Both the position numbers and the translations under genes were made by a program. From a virus (Duplodnaviria; Caudoviricetes), in the IMG/VR virus record IMGVR_UViG_3300024325_000001, positions 1 through 46,153 of that record: 46,153 bases of DNA; one strand, given 5' to 3'. The notes below the pieces were generated by a model that was given only the letters and a program-made list of their open reading frames with translations, was not told where the DNA came from and made no database searches. This document shows positions 27,573 through 37,254 of the stretch, in pieces (the first letter of the stretch is position 1; the number at the start of each line of letters is the position of its first letter).

Positions 27573-27782
27573 TTGCCCTTTGCCCGTCAGTCCTTCCCCG
27601 GCTCGAGCGCTCTTGCGGGCGCCGAGTACAACTCCGACAGTCGCGTATTGGTTATCACGTTCCGGGGCGGTGGGCAGCCCTACACCTACCTCGACGTCCC
27701 ACCCGACACCTGGGAGCAGCTCATCTCGGCCGACAGCCCCGGCACGTTCTGGCGCAACTCCATAAAGGACCAATTCGGATGA
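27573..27782 (+). CDS. KTSC domain protein
   Basis: SSALAGAEYN...LVITFRGG..YTYLDVP...LISADSPGTFWRNSIK. Confidence 0.85.
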   Translation: MPFARQSFPGSSALAGAEYNSDSRVLVITFRGGGQPYTYLDVPPDTWEQLISADSPGTFWRNSIKDQFG

Positions 27783-27991
27783 GCGAGTTTACACAGTATC
27801 GTCGTAAGCAGATCGCAGAACTTCGTCCGTATCAGCAAGGTGAGTCGATGGACGGCGTTAGTATTTCGGCACCGGACAAGGAAGCGGGCTCGCCCAAAGC
27901 AGGGGACATGATTGCGCGCAATCCGAAGAACCACGCCGATCAGTGGCTGGTGGCCGCTCAATACTTTGCTGACAACTTTGAACCTTGCTAA
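27779..27991 (+). CDS. Conserved small phage protein
   Basis: MSEFTQYRRKQIAELRPY...GSPKAGDMIARNPKNHADQWLVA; ATGA overlap. Confidence 0.65.
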   Translation: MSEFTQYRRKQIAELRPYQQGESMDGVSISAPDKEAGSPKAGDMIARNPKNHADQWLVAAQYFADNFEPC

Positions 27992-28000
27992 GGAGAACTC

Positions 28001-28159
28001 ATGGCTAAATCTCATCCAGGTTTCAAGGCAGTGCAGTCCAAGATCGAGGGCGAAGGCTATTCGGCGAAGTCGGCCGGCGCCATTCTCGCCTCCAAGACGC
28101 GCGGCGCCTCTGCCAAGGCGAAGAAGGCCAATCCGCGCTTGAAGCGTGTCCGTGGCTGA
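28001..28159 (+). CDS. Small basic protein (52 aa, not in ORF track)
   Basis: AAGGAG RBS; MAKSHPGFKAVQSKIEGEGYSAKSAGAILASKTRGASAKAKKANPRLKRVRG. Confidence 0.75.
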   Translation: MAKSHPGFKAVQSKIEGEGYSAKSAGAILASKTRGASAKAKKANPRLKRVRG

Positions 28160-28340
28160 CCCGCCGTTCAAGGTTGGCGATCAGGTCTGGGCCGAGTTCA
28201 CCCACGGCGAGGCCACGACGTCAGGGCTGGTGACGCGACATGCCGGGCCCATCGTTGCCCTGACACCCACTCACGCACAAGTACAGTGCGCTGGTTATCT
28301 GGTATGGTTGGACCTCGGTACCCTCAATAGGAGCTCGTGA
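28152..28340 (+). CDS. Small SH3/KOW-like protein
   Basis: FKVGDQVW...G.IVAL; overlaps its neighbours. Confidence 0.5.
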   Translation: MADPPFKVGDQVWAEFTHGEATTSGLVTRHAGPIVALTPTHAQVQCAGYLVWLDLGTLNRSS

Positions 28341-28516
28341 TGAGCAAAGGGCTGATGTTCTGGATCCTGATGCTGCTGTGGCTGGTGGTGTGGGGTGTCG
28401 GCACCTGGGGTGGGCCGTACTACGGCCACTACAGCACGGCGGTCTCTGGTCTCCTCCTGTTCGTCCTGTTCGCCCTTCTTGGGTGGACGGTGTTCGGCCC
28501 AGCCATCCGTGGCTGA
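28340..28516 (+). CDS. Two-TM membrane protein (58 aa, not in ORF track)
   Basis: AGGAG RBS; MSKGLMFWILMLLWLVVWG...LLLFVLFALLGWTVFGPAIRG. Confidence 0.7.
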   Translation: MSKGLMFWILMLLWLVVWGVGTWGGPYYGHYSTAVSGLLLFVLFALLGWTVFGPAIRG

Positions 28517-28543
28517 CGCGGCGGCTTTGTGCTACAAGCACGC

Positions 28544-28762
28544 ATGACCGGCGGCGAGGTTGCGCAGATCATTACTTCGATAGCGACATTGATCGCCGCC
28601 TGCGGTGCCATTCTCATCGGCTGGTGGAACGCCACCAAGATTGAGCAGGTGCACAAGGCCACCAACAGCATGAAGGATGAGCTGGTCGCGGCGACTGCCA
28701 AGTCGTCAAAGGCCGAAGGACTGAAGGAGGGCCGGGACGAGAGTCGGCCGCGGCCACCATGA
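28544..28762 (+). CDS. Single-TM membrane protein (holin-like)
   Basis: IITSIATLIAACGAILIGWW followed by KIEQVHKATNS. Confidence 0.55.
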   Translation: MTGGEVAQIITSIATLIAACGAILIGWWNATKIEQVHKATNSMKDELVAATAKSSKAEGLKEGRDESRPRPP

Positions 28763-30759
28763 CCACCCGCGACGATACCATCCGCAAGCTGGCGGCCAAC
28801 CCGCGCCTCGCTCATCAGGTGCTGTTCCGCCATCGTCATCCCGACGAGACGCCGGCCTTTCACGGCGAGATGGTCGACCTGTGGTACGGCCCGCATCCCC
28901 AGGTCTTGACGATGGCGTTCCGCGGCGGCGCCAAGTCGACGGTGGCCGAAGAAGCAATCGTTACAATGGCTTGCCTGAGGATGTTCAAGAACTGCATCAT
29001 CCTTGGCGAGAACGAGCCGCGGGCGATCGAGCGTCTGACCGCCATAAAACATGAACTGGAAAGTAATGAATATCTTTTTGACCTGTTCGGCCAGCAGGTC
29101 GGACACATCTGGCAGGAGAAGAAAATTGTCCTCAGCAACGGTACTGTCATTCAGGCGTTTGGGCGAGGTCAGTCTCTACGAGGAGCAAAGCACCTCGCCG
29201 CAAGACCCGACCTTGCCTTCGGTGACGACATGGAGGACGACGAGTGTGTGGCCACACCCGATGCTCGCGAGAAATTCAAGCAGTGGTTCCTCAAGGTCGT
29301 TATCCCGGCGCTCGCGCCTGGCTACCGCTTCCGCATCGCGGGTACTCCACTAGACCCCGAGTCGTGGCTGATGAAGCTGAAGGCGGCACCCGACTGGCAC
29401 ACCCGCACCTTCCCGATCGAGAGCAAGGATCCGGTCACCGGCGAGCGGGTGGCAAGCTGGCCCGCGAGGTTCCCGCTCGAAGCTATTGATATCAAACAAA
29501 AATCGTACCGCGATCTCGGCGCCGTGCAGGAGTACCAGCAGGAGTACATGTGCGAGGCGAGCGATCCCGCCAGCCGCACTTTCACCGCCGACCAGATCAA
29601 GATCGAGCCGATCGTGCGCACCTGGCATCCGGTCTACGCCATGTTCGATCCGGCGCGCTCGGTCGACAAGAACAAGTCGGCAACGACCGGGTGGGCAGCG
29701 TGGTCGTGGGTGGGCAACCGCTGCATCGTGTGGGACGCCGGTGGCGGTTATTGGAAGCCCGACGAGATTGTCAGACAAATTTTTCAGGTCGATGAGGACT
29801 TTCGGCCGATCAGCATCGGCGTCGAGCAGACCGGCCTGCACGAGTTCATCATGCAGCCGCTGCGCGCCGAGCAGATCAGGCGAGGGCACCTGATCCCTGT
29901 TCAGGCGCTGAACGCTCCGATGCTGGGACAGATCGGTGTCATCAAGGGGCTGCAGCCGTTCTTCAAGGCGGGCGAAGTGGTGTTCGCAAAAGAGTTGCCT
30001 GAACTCACCAAGCAGATGCTAAGCTTCCCGACCGGCCACCGGGACACCCTCAATGCTCTGGCTTATGCTCCTCGCCTGCGTCCTGGGCTTCCTGTCTATG
30101 ATGGCTTCCGCGCTGAACACGTGTCTGAGCAAGCTGTGCCTCGCGGCCGGGAGCCCGCTTACGTGGCCCTGGGCGCCACCGGACAGTACACCACCGCCAT
30201 CCTGTTCCAACTGATCCAGGGAGTTCTGCATGTCACGCACGACTGGTGTTGTGAAGGTGATCCTGGAGCTTCCCTTGGAGATATCGTTCGAGCCGCAGGC
30301 ATGGCCGCCAAGCGCGGTCTTCAGTTCCTCGCCGGAGCACAACACTTTGACCCTCACGATACCGTGGGTCTACGGGCCGCGGCACGTAAAGTCCCTATCG
30401 GAGTTGATCGAGGAGGTGCTGTATCGGCTGGCCGCGAGGCCCTCCGAGGCTTCCTCGCCAATTCCAAGCGAGGCAACCCAGGATTTGCCGTCCATCCCGA
30501 GGCCCGATGGACCATCAATGCTCTCGCCGGAGGCTACTGCCGGGACATTACCAAGGCCGGAGTTGTCACTGACTTCCCTGTTGAAGGACCATATCGCACG
30601 CTCATAGAGGGGCTGGAGAGCGCGGTCGGACTGATGCGCGCGGGCTTTATGTCCGAGAGTGACAACGACCGCCGGTTCGACTACGCTCCCGATGGTCGCA
30701 AGTACCTGACCGCCTTGGCGCAACCGAGGGCGGGAGGGTTGCAGCCAGTCAAGGGGTAG
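28759..30759 (+). CDS. terL: Terminase large subunit with C-terminal extension
   Basis: AFRGGAKST Walker A; GQSLRGAKH..RPDLAFGDDME Walker B; AGTPL motif; nuclease YAMFDPA, IGVE, HRDTLNALAYA. Confidence 0.93.
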   Translation: MTTRDDTIRKLAANPRLAHQVLFRHRHPDETPAFHGEMVDLWYGPHPQVLTMAFRGGAKSTVAEEAIVTMACLRMFKNCIILGENEPRAIERLTAIKHELESNEYLFDLFGQQVGHIWQEKKIVLSNGTVIQAFGRGQSLRGAKHLAARPDLAFGDDMEDDECVATPDAREKFKQWFLKVVIPALAPGYRFRIAGTPLDPESWLMKLKAAPDWHTRTFPIESKDPVTGERVASWPARFPLEAIDIKQKSYRDLGAVQEYQQEYMCEASDPASRTFTADQIKIEPIVRTWHPVYAMFDPARSVDKNKSATTGWAAWSWVGNRCIVWDAGGGYWKPDEIVRQIFQVDEDFRPISIGVEQTGLHEFIMQPLRAEQIRRGHLIPVQALNAPMLGQIGVIKGLQPFFKAGEVVFAKELPELTKQMLSFPTGHRDTLNALAYAPRLRPGLPVYDGFRAEHVSEQAVPRGREPAYVALGATGQYTTAILFQLIQGVLHVTHDWCCEGDPGASLGDIVRAAGMAAKRGLQFLAGAQHFDPHDTVGLRAAARKVPIGVDRGGAVSAGREALRGFLANSKRGNPGFAVHPEARWTINALAGGYCRDITKAGVVTDFPVEGPYRTLIEGLESAVGLMRAGFMSESDNDRRFDYAPDGRKYLTALAQPRAGGLQPVKG

Positions 30760-30762
30760 CAC

Positions 30763-31014
30763 ATGCCTTCAGACCGCAGACTATCAGTAATCGAGCAGGC
30801 GCGCAGAGAAAGCTACGATCACAGCGCACCGAAGGACAGCAACTTCAATCCGTTGTCACGAGCCGCAGAGAATGCTCGGACTATGGCTGCAGTGACGACA
30901 AATCGCTCCGTTATGAAACCAGGAGCGATGGACGAGTATCGTCGGCCACGCGGCAAGACGGATATGCTGAACGAGATTCGGCGATCTTCCGTCATGCAGG
31001 AAGAAGAGGATTAA
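30763..31014 (+). CDS. Hypothetical protein
   Basis: Fills the terL-portal gap. Confidence 0.55.
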   Translation: MPSDRRLSVIEQARRESYDHSAPKDSNFNPLSRAAENARTMAAVTTNRSVMKPGAMDEYRRPRGKTDMLNEIRRSSVMQEEED

Positions 31015-33198
31015 GTGGCCGACGACGAGCTCGACGACCTGACGCCAGACCCGGAGGAGGTCGACGAGGAGCCGCAGCCGCTTGGCCGCGACGACGAGCT
31101 CTCCACGAGAAAGTCAGTGGAGACGCAACTCCTTGATCTCTATCAGGAAGTGGAGAAGGGCTTCGTCAACCAGTACCAGCGTTCCAACGACCAGATGGAC
31201 TTCTGGGATATCTACAACTGCCAGCTCGGCGGCAAACAGTTCTACTCGGGTAATTCCAAGATATTTGTTCCGCTGGTGAAGGACGCGGTAGACGCGCGCA
31301 AGACCCGGTTCGCCAACCAGGTGTTTCCGCCTTCCGGCCGCTATGTCGACGCCATCAGCGAGGACGGCACTGAGCCGTTCGCCACCTTGTCGCTGCTCGA
31401 CCATTACGTTCGCAAAGCCAAGGTGCGGACGGAAGTGATGCCGGCGTTGCTGGTCAATGGCGACGTCGAGGGGCAGTACACCATCTGCGTATCGTGGTGC
31501 GAGGACGAGCGCTACGTCGTCGAGCGCGTCAAGGCGCCGGTCATGGCCGAGGGGCTGGACACCGGCGAGGAGACCGACGACCTGCGCGAGAGCGAGGTCA
31601 AGGGCGGTTATCCCCAGGTCGAGGTGATTGCCGACAGCGACCTGTGCATCCTGCCTGCCACCTGCGACAGCCCCTGCGAAGCGATCCGGGTCGGCGGCTC
31701 GGTTACGGTGCTGCGCCGCTGGAGCAAGGCGCAGATCAAGCAGATGGCGCGCGAAGGGTGCATCAGCAAGGCCGGCGCCAAGGCCTTGATCGAGGAGATG
31801 ACCGATGGCAAGTCGGGCCAACCTAAGACTGATAAAGCCGAGCACATGGTCGACGCCGCCGGCATCAAGAATGTGCGAGGTTCCAAGCACGCCCTCGTCT
31901 ACGAGACTTGGAGCGTCGTCACAATTCGTAAGGGAGAGCGGCGTCTTTGCCGTACTTATTTCGGGGGCAGTGATAACATTCTTTCTTGCAAACGTAATCC
32001 TCTTTGGTGTGATCTTCTTCCCATTCTGAGCGCGCCGGTGAAGAAAATACAGGGCTCGGTCAAGGGCCGCAGCCAGATCGAGCCGGTGGCGCCGATCCAG
32101 TACATGGCCAATGATGCCTGCAACGAAGCGATGGACAGCGCGGCCTATGCGCTGATGCCGATCGTGATGACCGATCCCAACAGCAACCCGCGGATAGGCA
32201 GCATGATCCTGTCGCTTGCTGCCATCTGGGAGACGTCGCCGAAGGACACCCAGTTCGCCAACTTTCCGCCGCTGTGGAAGGAGGGCATGGAGATCGTCAG
32301 CCAGGCCAAGGCGCAGATCAAGGAGAGCCTTGCGGTCAACTCGTCGATGGTGACGCAGCAAGGCACGTCCAAGCTCAATCAGGCCGAGATCGCGCAGGAG
32401 CAGCAGGTTGATCTCTTGACGACGGCTGACGCCGTGACCGTGCTCGAGCAGGCCATCCTGACGCCGATGCTGGCGCTGATGCTGGCGCTCGACCACCAGT
32501 ATCGCGACAAGGATATCATGGTGAAGCAGTACGGCCCGATGGGCACGCGGGCGCAGATGGAGTACGTCAAGCCGATCACCTTCGACAAGAAGTACGAGTT
32601 CATCTGGTTCGGCGTCGAGCAGGCGCGAAGTCAGCAGCAAATCCAGATGCAGATCGCCATGCTCAACGTGTTTCGCGGCATCCCGCCCGAGCAGTACGCG
32701 CCCTACACGCTCAACCTGCGGCCGCTCATGGTTCACATGGCCGGCAGCGCGTTCGGCCCGCAGCTCGCTCCGCTCACCTTCGAGGGACCGGAGGAGCAGA
32801 TGCCGGTCAGCGTCGATCAGGAGAACGAGATGCTGGAGAACGGGTTCGAGATCAAGACCCACGAGCTCGACGACGACAACGCCCATATCCAGTCGCACAT
32901 GCAGATGCTGCAGCAGGACCCGCAGTCCGACTACGCGAAGAAAATTCAGGCGCACATCTTCACCCATATTCAGCAGATGAACCGCAAGGCGATGATGGTC
33001 GGGATGGCGGGAGGTCCGATGGCGGGTGGGATGCCGTCCGGTCAGCCGGGCGTGCCGGGAGGCGCGGGACCAGGCGTTGCCGGTTCGCCGCGGCCAGGCG
33101 CTGTGCCTGCGCCGCCGAAGGGCGTGCAGCAGCCGCCGGGCGCAATCCACCAAGACCAGCTTCACGATCCCAGCCAGATGCCGAGGAGAACAGCATGA
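31015..33198 (+). CDS. Portal protein
   Basis: 727 aa after terL; helical with a Pro/Gly-rich C-tail; DDDNAHIQSH motif typical of podovirus-type portals. Confidence 0.85.
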   Translation: MADDELDDLTPDPEEVDEEPQPLGRDDELSTRKSVETQLLDLYQEVEKGFVNQYQRSNDQMDFWDIYNCQLGGKQFYSGNSKIFVPLVKDAVDARKTRFANQVFPPSGRYVDAISEDGTEPFATLSLLDHYVRKAKVRTEVMPALLVNGDVEGQYTICVSWCEDERYVVERVKAPVMAEGLDTGEETDDLRESEVKGGYPQVEVIADSDLCILPATCDSPCEAIRVGGSVTVLRRWSKAQIKQMAREGCISKAGAKALIEEMTDGKSGQPKTDKAEHMVDAAGIKNVRGSKHALVYETWSVVTIRKGERRLCRTYFGGSDNILSCKRNPLWCDLLPILSAPVKKIQGSVKGRSQIEPVAPIQYMANDACNEAMDSAAYALMPIVMTDPNSNPRIGSMILSLAAIWETSPKDTQFANFPPLWKEGMEIVSQAKAQIKESLAVNSSMVTQQGTSKLNQAEIAQEQQVDLLTTADAVTVLEQAILTPMLALMLALDHQYRDKDIMVKQYGPMGTRAQMEYVKPITFDKKYEFIWFGVEQARSQQQIQMQIAMLNVFRGIPPEQYAPYTLNLRPLMVHMAGSAFGPQLAPLTFEGPEEQMPVSVDQENEMLENGFEIKTHELDDDNAHIQSHMQMLQQDPQSDYAKKIQAHIFTHIQQMNRKAMMVGMAGGPMAGGMPSGQPGVPGGAGPGVAGSPRPGAVPAPPKGVQQPPGAIHQDQLHDPSQMPRRTA

Positions 33199-33401
33199 CA
33201 AACACGCAGGCCGTTATTATCGCATTTGGCATCGCGCTCGCAGGTGTTGGCTTTGCATGGGGGCAAGGAGCATCGGTTCGCTCGCCGGCCGTCGTGACCG
33301 GCTGCATTTTCTACACGACCCCGCCGACGCTTAGCGACGGCCAGCAGCAAAGTCTGACCTGCGACTCGACGGGCAAACTTCGCGTCACCACAACCTTCTA
33401 G
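33195..33401 (+). CDS. Small secreted protein with two Cys
   Basis: MTNTQAVIIAFGIALAGVGFAWG|Q; GCIFYTTPPTLSDGQQQSLTCDSTGKLRV. Confidence 0.65.
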   Translation: MTNTQAVIIAFGIALAGVGFAWGQGASVRSPAVVTGCIFYTTPPTLSDGQQQSLTCDSTGKLRVTTTF

Positions 33402-33409
33402 GAGCGATC

Positions 33410-33889
33410 ATGGACGACACATCAGGCATCAGGCTCTTGGCGGGACTGGTCGACATTCTCCGCGACAAGGACGGATCGGCAAAACTTCTGACCAAACTGC
33501 AGGCGCACGAGGATGCGGCGGCGGCATCGCTGAAGGAGGCCGGTGACAAGCAGGCCAAGGCGGCTGAGACTTTGGCTGAAGCACAGGCGCACCATGCCGA
33601 GAGTTCGCGGCTGCGCAACGAGATGCTGCATAAGCTCACACCGCGCGAGGAGGAGGTTGCCAAGGGTGCCCAGTTCGTTCAGAAGATGCGAAGCGACCTG
33701 GATGCTCGCGACAAGTCCATCACCACGCGCGAGACCGAGATGACGCGACGGGAGAATGCGGCGGCAGCGCGAGAGAACAAGATCGCCGAGGACGAGAAGG
33801 TGTTGAAGCTCGAGAAGGATCGCGTCGCGGCGCTGAAGGCGGCGTACCAGTCCAAGATTGACAACATCAAGAAGGCGGCGAGCGGATGA
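33410..33889 (+). CDS. Coiled-coil protein
   Basis: Ala/Glu/Lys/Arg heptads; AGGAG RBS. Confidence 0.65.
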   Translation: MDDTSGIRLLAGLVDILRDKDGSAKLLTKLQAHEDAAAASLKEAGDKQAKAAETLAEAQAHHAESSRLRNEMLHKLTPREEEVAKGAQFVQKMRSDLDARDKSITTRETEMTRRENAAAARENKIAEDEKVLKLEKDRVAALKAAYQSKIDNIKKAASG

Positions 33890-34200
33890 GCAACCGGCTT
33901 GCCCGCGGGCTTCAGCTTGCGTTCGGCACGCTTACGTCCTACGGCGGCGCGGGCACGGGAGCCTATGTCAAGATCATCCCGGCGAACGCCAACCGGCTTG
34001 GCTTCCTAATCGAGAACTACTCTGCGGTGTCGCTCAACACCAACGGCGACAATCTTCTGGTGCGGCTTGGCTTGACGGGTGCTGTTTGGGAAGTGATCCC
34101 CGGTGGTTGTTTTCCGCCGCCGCAACTCGAGGGCTGGATGGGCGACGTCTACGTGAACGCCACAGCGACGACGCAGTTCGCAGCAGCGGAGATGACGTGA
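33886..34200 (+). CDS. Small beta-rich putative virion protein
   Basis: IIPANANRLGFLIEN...IPGG pattern; ATGA overlap. Confidence 0.6.
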   Translation: MSNRLARGLQLAFGTLTSYGGAGTGAYVKIIPANANRLGFLIENYSAVSLNTNGDNLLVRLGLTGAVWEVIPGGCFPPPQLEGWMGDVYVNATATTQFAAAEMT

Positions 34201-36029
34201 TAAATCCAGGCGTCATCACGCAGGGCGCAGTGACGCCGGGCAACGCTGCGGTCTTCGTCAACCGCAACATGATCAAGGATGGTGGCGTTGCCCCTACGGT
34301 CGCTGGGCTGCTGGGCTGGATTGACGTTTATTCGTATCTGACGCCAGCACAGCAGGCTTCTGTATCTTTGTGGACTGGTACAGATGTAACAGCGGGGGTT
34401 ACGGCGGCTATCGCAGCAATTCCATCTACCGGGGGCGTTCTCTATTTTCGTCCTGGGAAATGGGTCACGACTGGGGGCTTTACTCTTGCTAATCCTACTT
34501 TTGTTATAGGATGCACGGGGGGTGACTACAGCAATACAGGTGCCGTTACCCAGATCGTTGATACTGTGACTAACAATGTACTTTTTAACGTTACGGCGAT
34601 TGCGGCGAAATTCGAGGATATTTCTCTCGTCTGTTCTGGAGTGGGAGCGGCGGGATCGACAGCGGTTAAGGTTGTCAATGCTAGTGCGCTGAATGTCTGC
34701 AACTTCGATCAAGTTACGTTCGACGGCTTCTATGATACTGTTGACGTGCAGACCGGATATGGCTGGCAGATTGATAATTGTGAAATTGTCCGTTCGGTCC
34801 ATTGGGCGTTGCGAATAAGAAACACTGTCAACGCCGATGCGGGCGGCTGGCATGTTACCAATTCGCAATTCGCTCCACTCGCCAACGCCGCAGCAGGTAT
34901 TCGCATTGAAAGCGGCGGCGGTGGAGTAATCGCCAACAACAAAATAGTTTCTGACAGCGGCCTCATTGTCGATGGTATCAGCATGGACGTGGGTGCTGCG
35001 CCCACTGTTCAACTTTCGATTTGCGACAACAACATCGAGAGTGTTTCGGGGAGCTGCATCAACATCGTTTCCGGCTGGCCACGAATATCCATCAACTCGA
35101 ATTTGCTCGACTGCTCGCTGGGGACTGGACCTGGCATTACTGCGTCCGCAGTTGTGCAACTTAACGTCCAAGCAAATACTTTGAACGGGCCGAGTGCGGG
35201 GACCGCGATTAGCTTGACGAGTTGTACGCAGCCACTTGTCGGCCCAAACAACATTAGAAACTTCACAGATAAAACGGCGTTTGTCGCCTGCACGTTGATT
35301 TTGGATATCGACGACGATCTCGTTCTTACCAACGTCGCCAACACTTTCACTGTAACACAGACGATTACACCAGCACTGGACACGCAGGCGCTAATCGTAT
35401 CTGGCTTCTCCGCAGATACGGCCGACACGCACTCGATCATCGACATATCCGGCACATGGAATGTCGGCGGTGGAAACAACGCTGGGGATGCGTTTAGACT
35501 AAACATTACAAATACCAGTAGCGCGGGCGCTTCAAACCTCCTTAATTTGTTGGTCGGTGGCGTCAGCTTTTTCAGCGTCAACCGGCTTGGCTTCATGCAA
35601 TGCGGCCAGATGGCCACCATCGGTGGTAACATCTTTGGCTACTCAATGGCCGCGTCGAATATCTACATCAAAGAGACGACCGGGACTGTTCCAACTATTT
35701 TAATGTGGGGAAACGGTGCAAACTTTGGTGCTATGGGCATCAACGCTGGAGAAGGCTTCTGGCTTGGCTCAAGTTCAAATGCAGTAGCGATTACAAACCA
35801 AGCGGTTTACTGGGACAGCTTTGCAAACGTGGCACTTGGACTTACGGGTGCTTTAGCAACTACAGCTACAGATGGAGATATGTATATCCCGACCTGTGCA
35901 GGGCCACCTACGGGCGTTCCTAGAGGCGTCACCGGCAAGGTTGCCGTGCGTTACGACACGACAAATAACAAACTCTACATTTATAACGGCGGCTGGAAGG
36001 GCGGCACGAACCCAGGAGTGTTTACCTAA
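34197..36029 (+). CDS. Tailspike with right-handed beta-helix (pectin-lyase-like)
   Basis: GTGA-coupled start; DVTAGVTAAIAA..GGVLYFRPGKW followed by Asn-ladder repeats. Confidence 0.8.
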   Translation: MINPGVITQGAVTPGNAAVFVNRNMIKDGGVAPTVAGLLGWIDVYSYLTPAQQASVSLWTGTDVTAGVTAAIAAIPSTGGVLYFRPGKWVTTGGFTLANPTFVIGCTGGDYSNTGAVTQIVDTVTNNVLFNVTAIAAKFEDISLVCSGVGAAGSTAVKVVNASALNVCNFDQVTFDGFYDTVDVQTGYGWQIDNCEIVRSVHWALRIRNTVNADAGGWHVTNSQFAPLANAAAGIRIESGGGGVIANNKIVSDSGLIVDGISMDVGAAPTVQLSICDNNIESVSGSCINIVSGWPRISINSNLLDCSLGTGPGITASAVVQLNVQANTLNGPSAGTAISLTSCTQPLVGPNNIRNFTDKTAFVACTLILDIDDDLVLTNVANTFTVTQTITPALDTQALIVSGFSADTADTHSIIDISGTWNVGGGNNAGDAFRLNITNTSSAGASNLLNLLVGGVSFFSVNRLGFMQCGQMATIGGNIFGYSMAASNIYIKETTGTVPTILMWGNGANFGAMGINAGEGFWLGSSSNAVAITNQAVYWDSFANVALGLTGALATTATDGDMYIPTCAGPPTGVPRGVTGKVAVRYDTTNNKLYIYNGGWKGGTNPGVFT

Positions 36030-36256
36030 TGGCAACGCTTACTATCACTATTGATCCTGGCACAGGTCCTGTGTCTGAGACGCTTACCTTCTCTGGGGCC
36101 GACGCTACGCGAATCATCAATGCATTCCGAAAGGATCATCCCAGCGGCACTGTGGCACAGCTTGTGGATTACTTTGCTATGATTATCAAGACCCAGATAT
36201 CTAAGATGGTTATCAGTGCCGAAGCTGTAACTCCTATTCCACCTGTAATGTCGTAA
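36029..36256 (+). CDS. Small protein after tailspike (chaperone/tip candidate)
   Basis: TAATG coupling. Confidence 0.55.
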   Translation: MATLTITIDPGTGPVSETLTFSGADATRIINAFRKDHPSGTVAQLVDYFAMIIKTQISKMVISAEAVTPIPPVMS

Positions 36257-36339
36257 GATGATGCTATGCTTCGCTGTTTGGTCTTTCGGTTTCGCGATCC
36301 TGCTGGAGATTGTCGTCAGAGCACCGGAGCTTGAATGGC

Positions 36340-37254
36340 ATGATTAGATTTGTTCTCGTCGCTCTCGCGCTGCTTCTGGCGTCGCCTGCATTTGCGCAAT
36401 CGTCGAAAGTCACGCTTGACGCTGAGATCGACACCAACTGGCCCGACAACACTTCCGGCGCAATCACGCCCGCGCTGCTTCGCAACACGGTCAAAGATAT
36501 TGTCGCGTCCTACGTCGATTGGCTGGTCTGCACCGCTCAAGGTGGCATCGTCTACTGGAACTCGACGGCAACGCCGACGTGTCTGCTGGCGGGGACGAGC
36601 GGGCAGTTTCTCAAGACACTGGGACCGGGAGCGAACCCGCTTTGGGCGACGCCTTCACTGCCCGCATCAAATCTTACGGTCTCCAGTAACAATGTCGTCA
36701 TCGGCAACAAGGCAGGCACCAATCAGCCGGCGCAGGAGCTGACGGCAACCTCGATCCTCGACTTCATCGGCACGACAGTCGGTCAAATTTTAAACCGCGG
36801 TGCCAGCATCTGGTCGGCCACGTCACAGCTTGTGCTCGGCGCTTCCGGTACGCTTGGCAATGTGACGATGGGCAACGCCACGTCGGGCACAATCACGGTG
36901 CAGCCAGTCGCGGGCGCACTGACTGTCGGCGACACGCTAAGCTTCCCATCTCTGACCAAGACGCTCACGGCAACGATCGCCAGCGGCGCCAAGGCACTCA
37001 ACACGACGCCGATCGCGTCGACCGCGTGCAACACGTCTGCGGCCGGAGCTGCCGGCGTCGTCTCGACCGACGCCATTGTGGCGGCGTTCAACGCGAGCAC
37101 TGCGGCGGTTGCCGGGTATATCCCAGTGACGGCGGGCGGCCTGTCCATCCGACTTTATCCCACCAATGGCACTGTCAATTTTGAAGTTTGCAATGGGACG
37201 GCTGCGACGATCACGCCGGGGGCGATCACGCTGAACTGGGCGGTGTATCGGTGA
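36340..37254 (+). CDS. Fibre-like Thr/Ser/Ala-rich protein with Sec signal peptide (304 aa)
   Basis: MIRFVLVALALLLASPAFA|QSS; WPDNTSGAITPALLR; GTSGQFLKTLGPGANPLW fibre repeat; four Cys. Confidence 0.72.
   Translation: MIRFVLVALALLLASPAFAQSSKVTLDAEIDTNWPDNTSGAITPALLRNTVKDIVASYVDWLVCTAQGGIVYWNSTATPTCLLAGTSGQFLKTLGPGANPLWATPSLPASNLTVSSNNVVIGNKAGTNQPAQELTATSILDFIGTTVGQILNRGASIWSATSQLVLGASGTLGNVTMGNATSGTITVQPVAGALTVGDTLSFPSLTKTLTATIASGAKALNTTPIASTACNTSAAGAAGVVSTDAIVAAFNASTAAVAGYIPVTAGGLSIRLYPTNGTVNFEVCNGTAATITPGAITLNWAVYR

Noticed and set aside
31114-33201. 695-aa ORF antisense to the portal gene
   Set aside because: Shadow ORF expected from high-GC codon bias; no recognisable motifs; fully overlaps a clear portal gene.
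33858-34196. N-terminal extensions given in the ORF track (also for 38033, 39404, 37188, 1390, 44440 and 21094)
   Set aside because: They overlap real upstream genes; downstream starts have an RBS or stop-start coupling.
36258-36347. 29-aa ORF MMLCFAVWSFGF...
   Set aside because: Very short, no clear RBS and no motif; cannot be supported.
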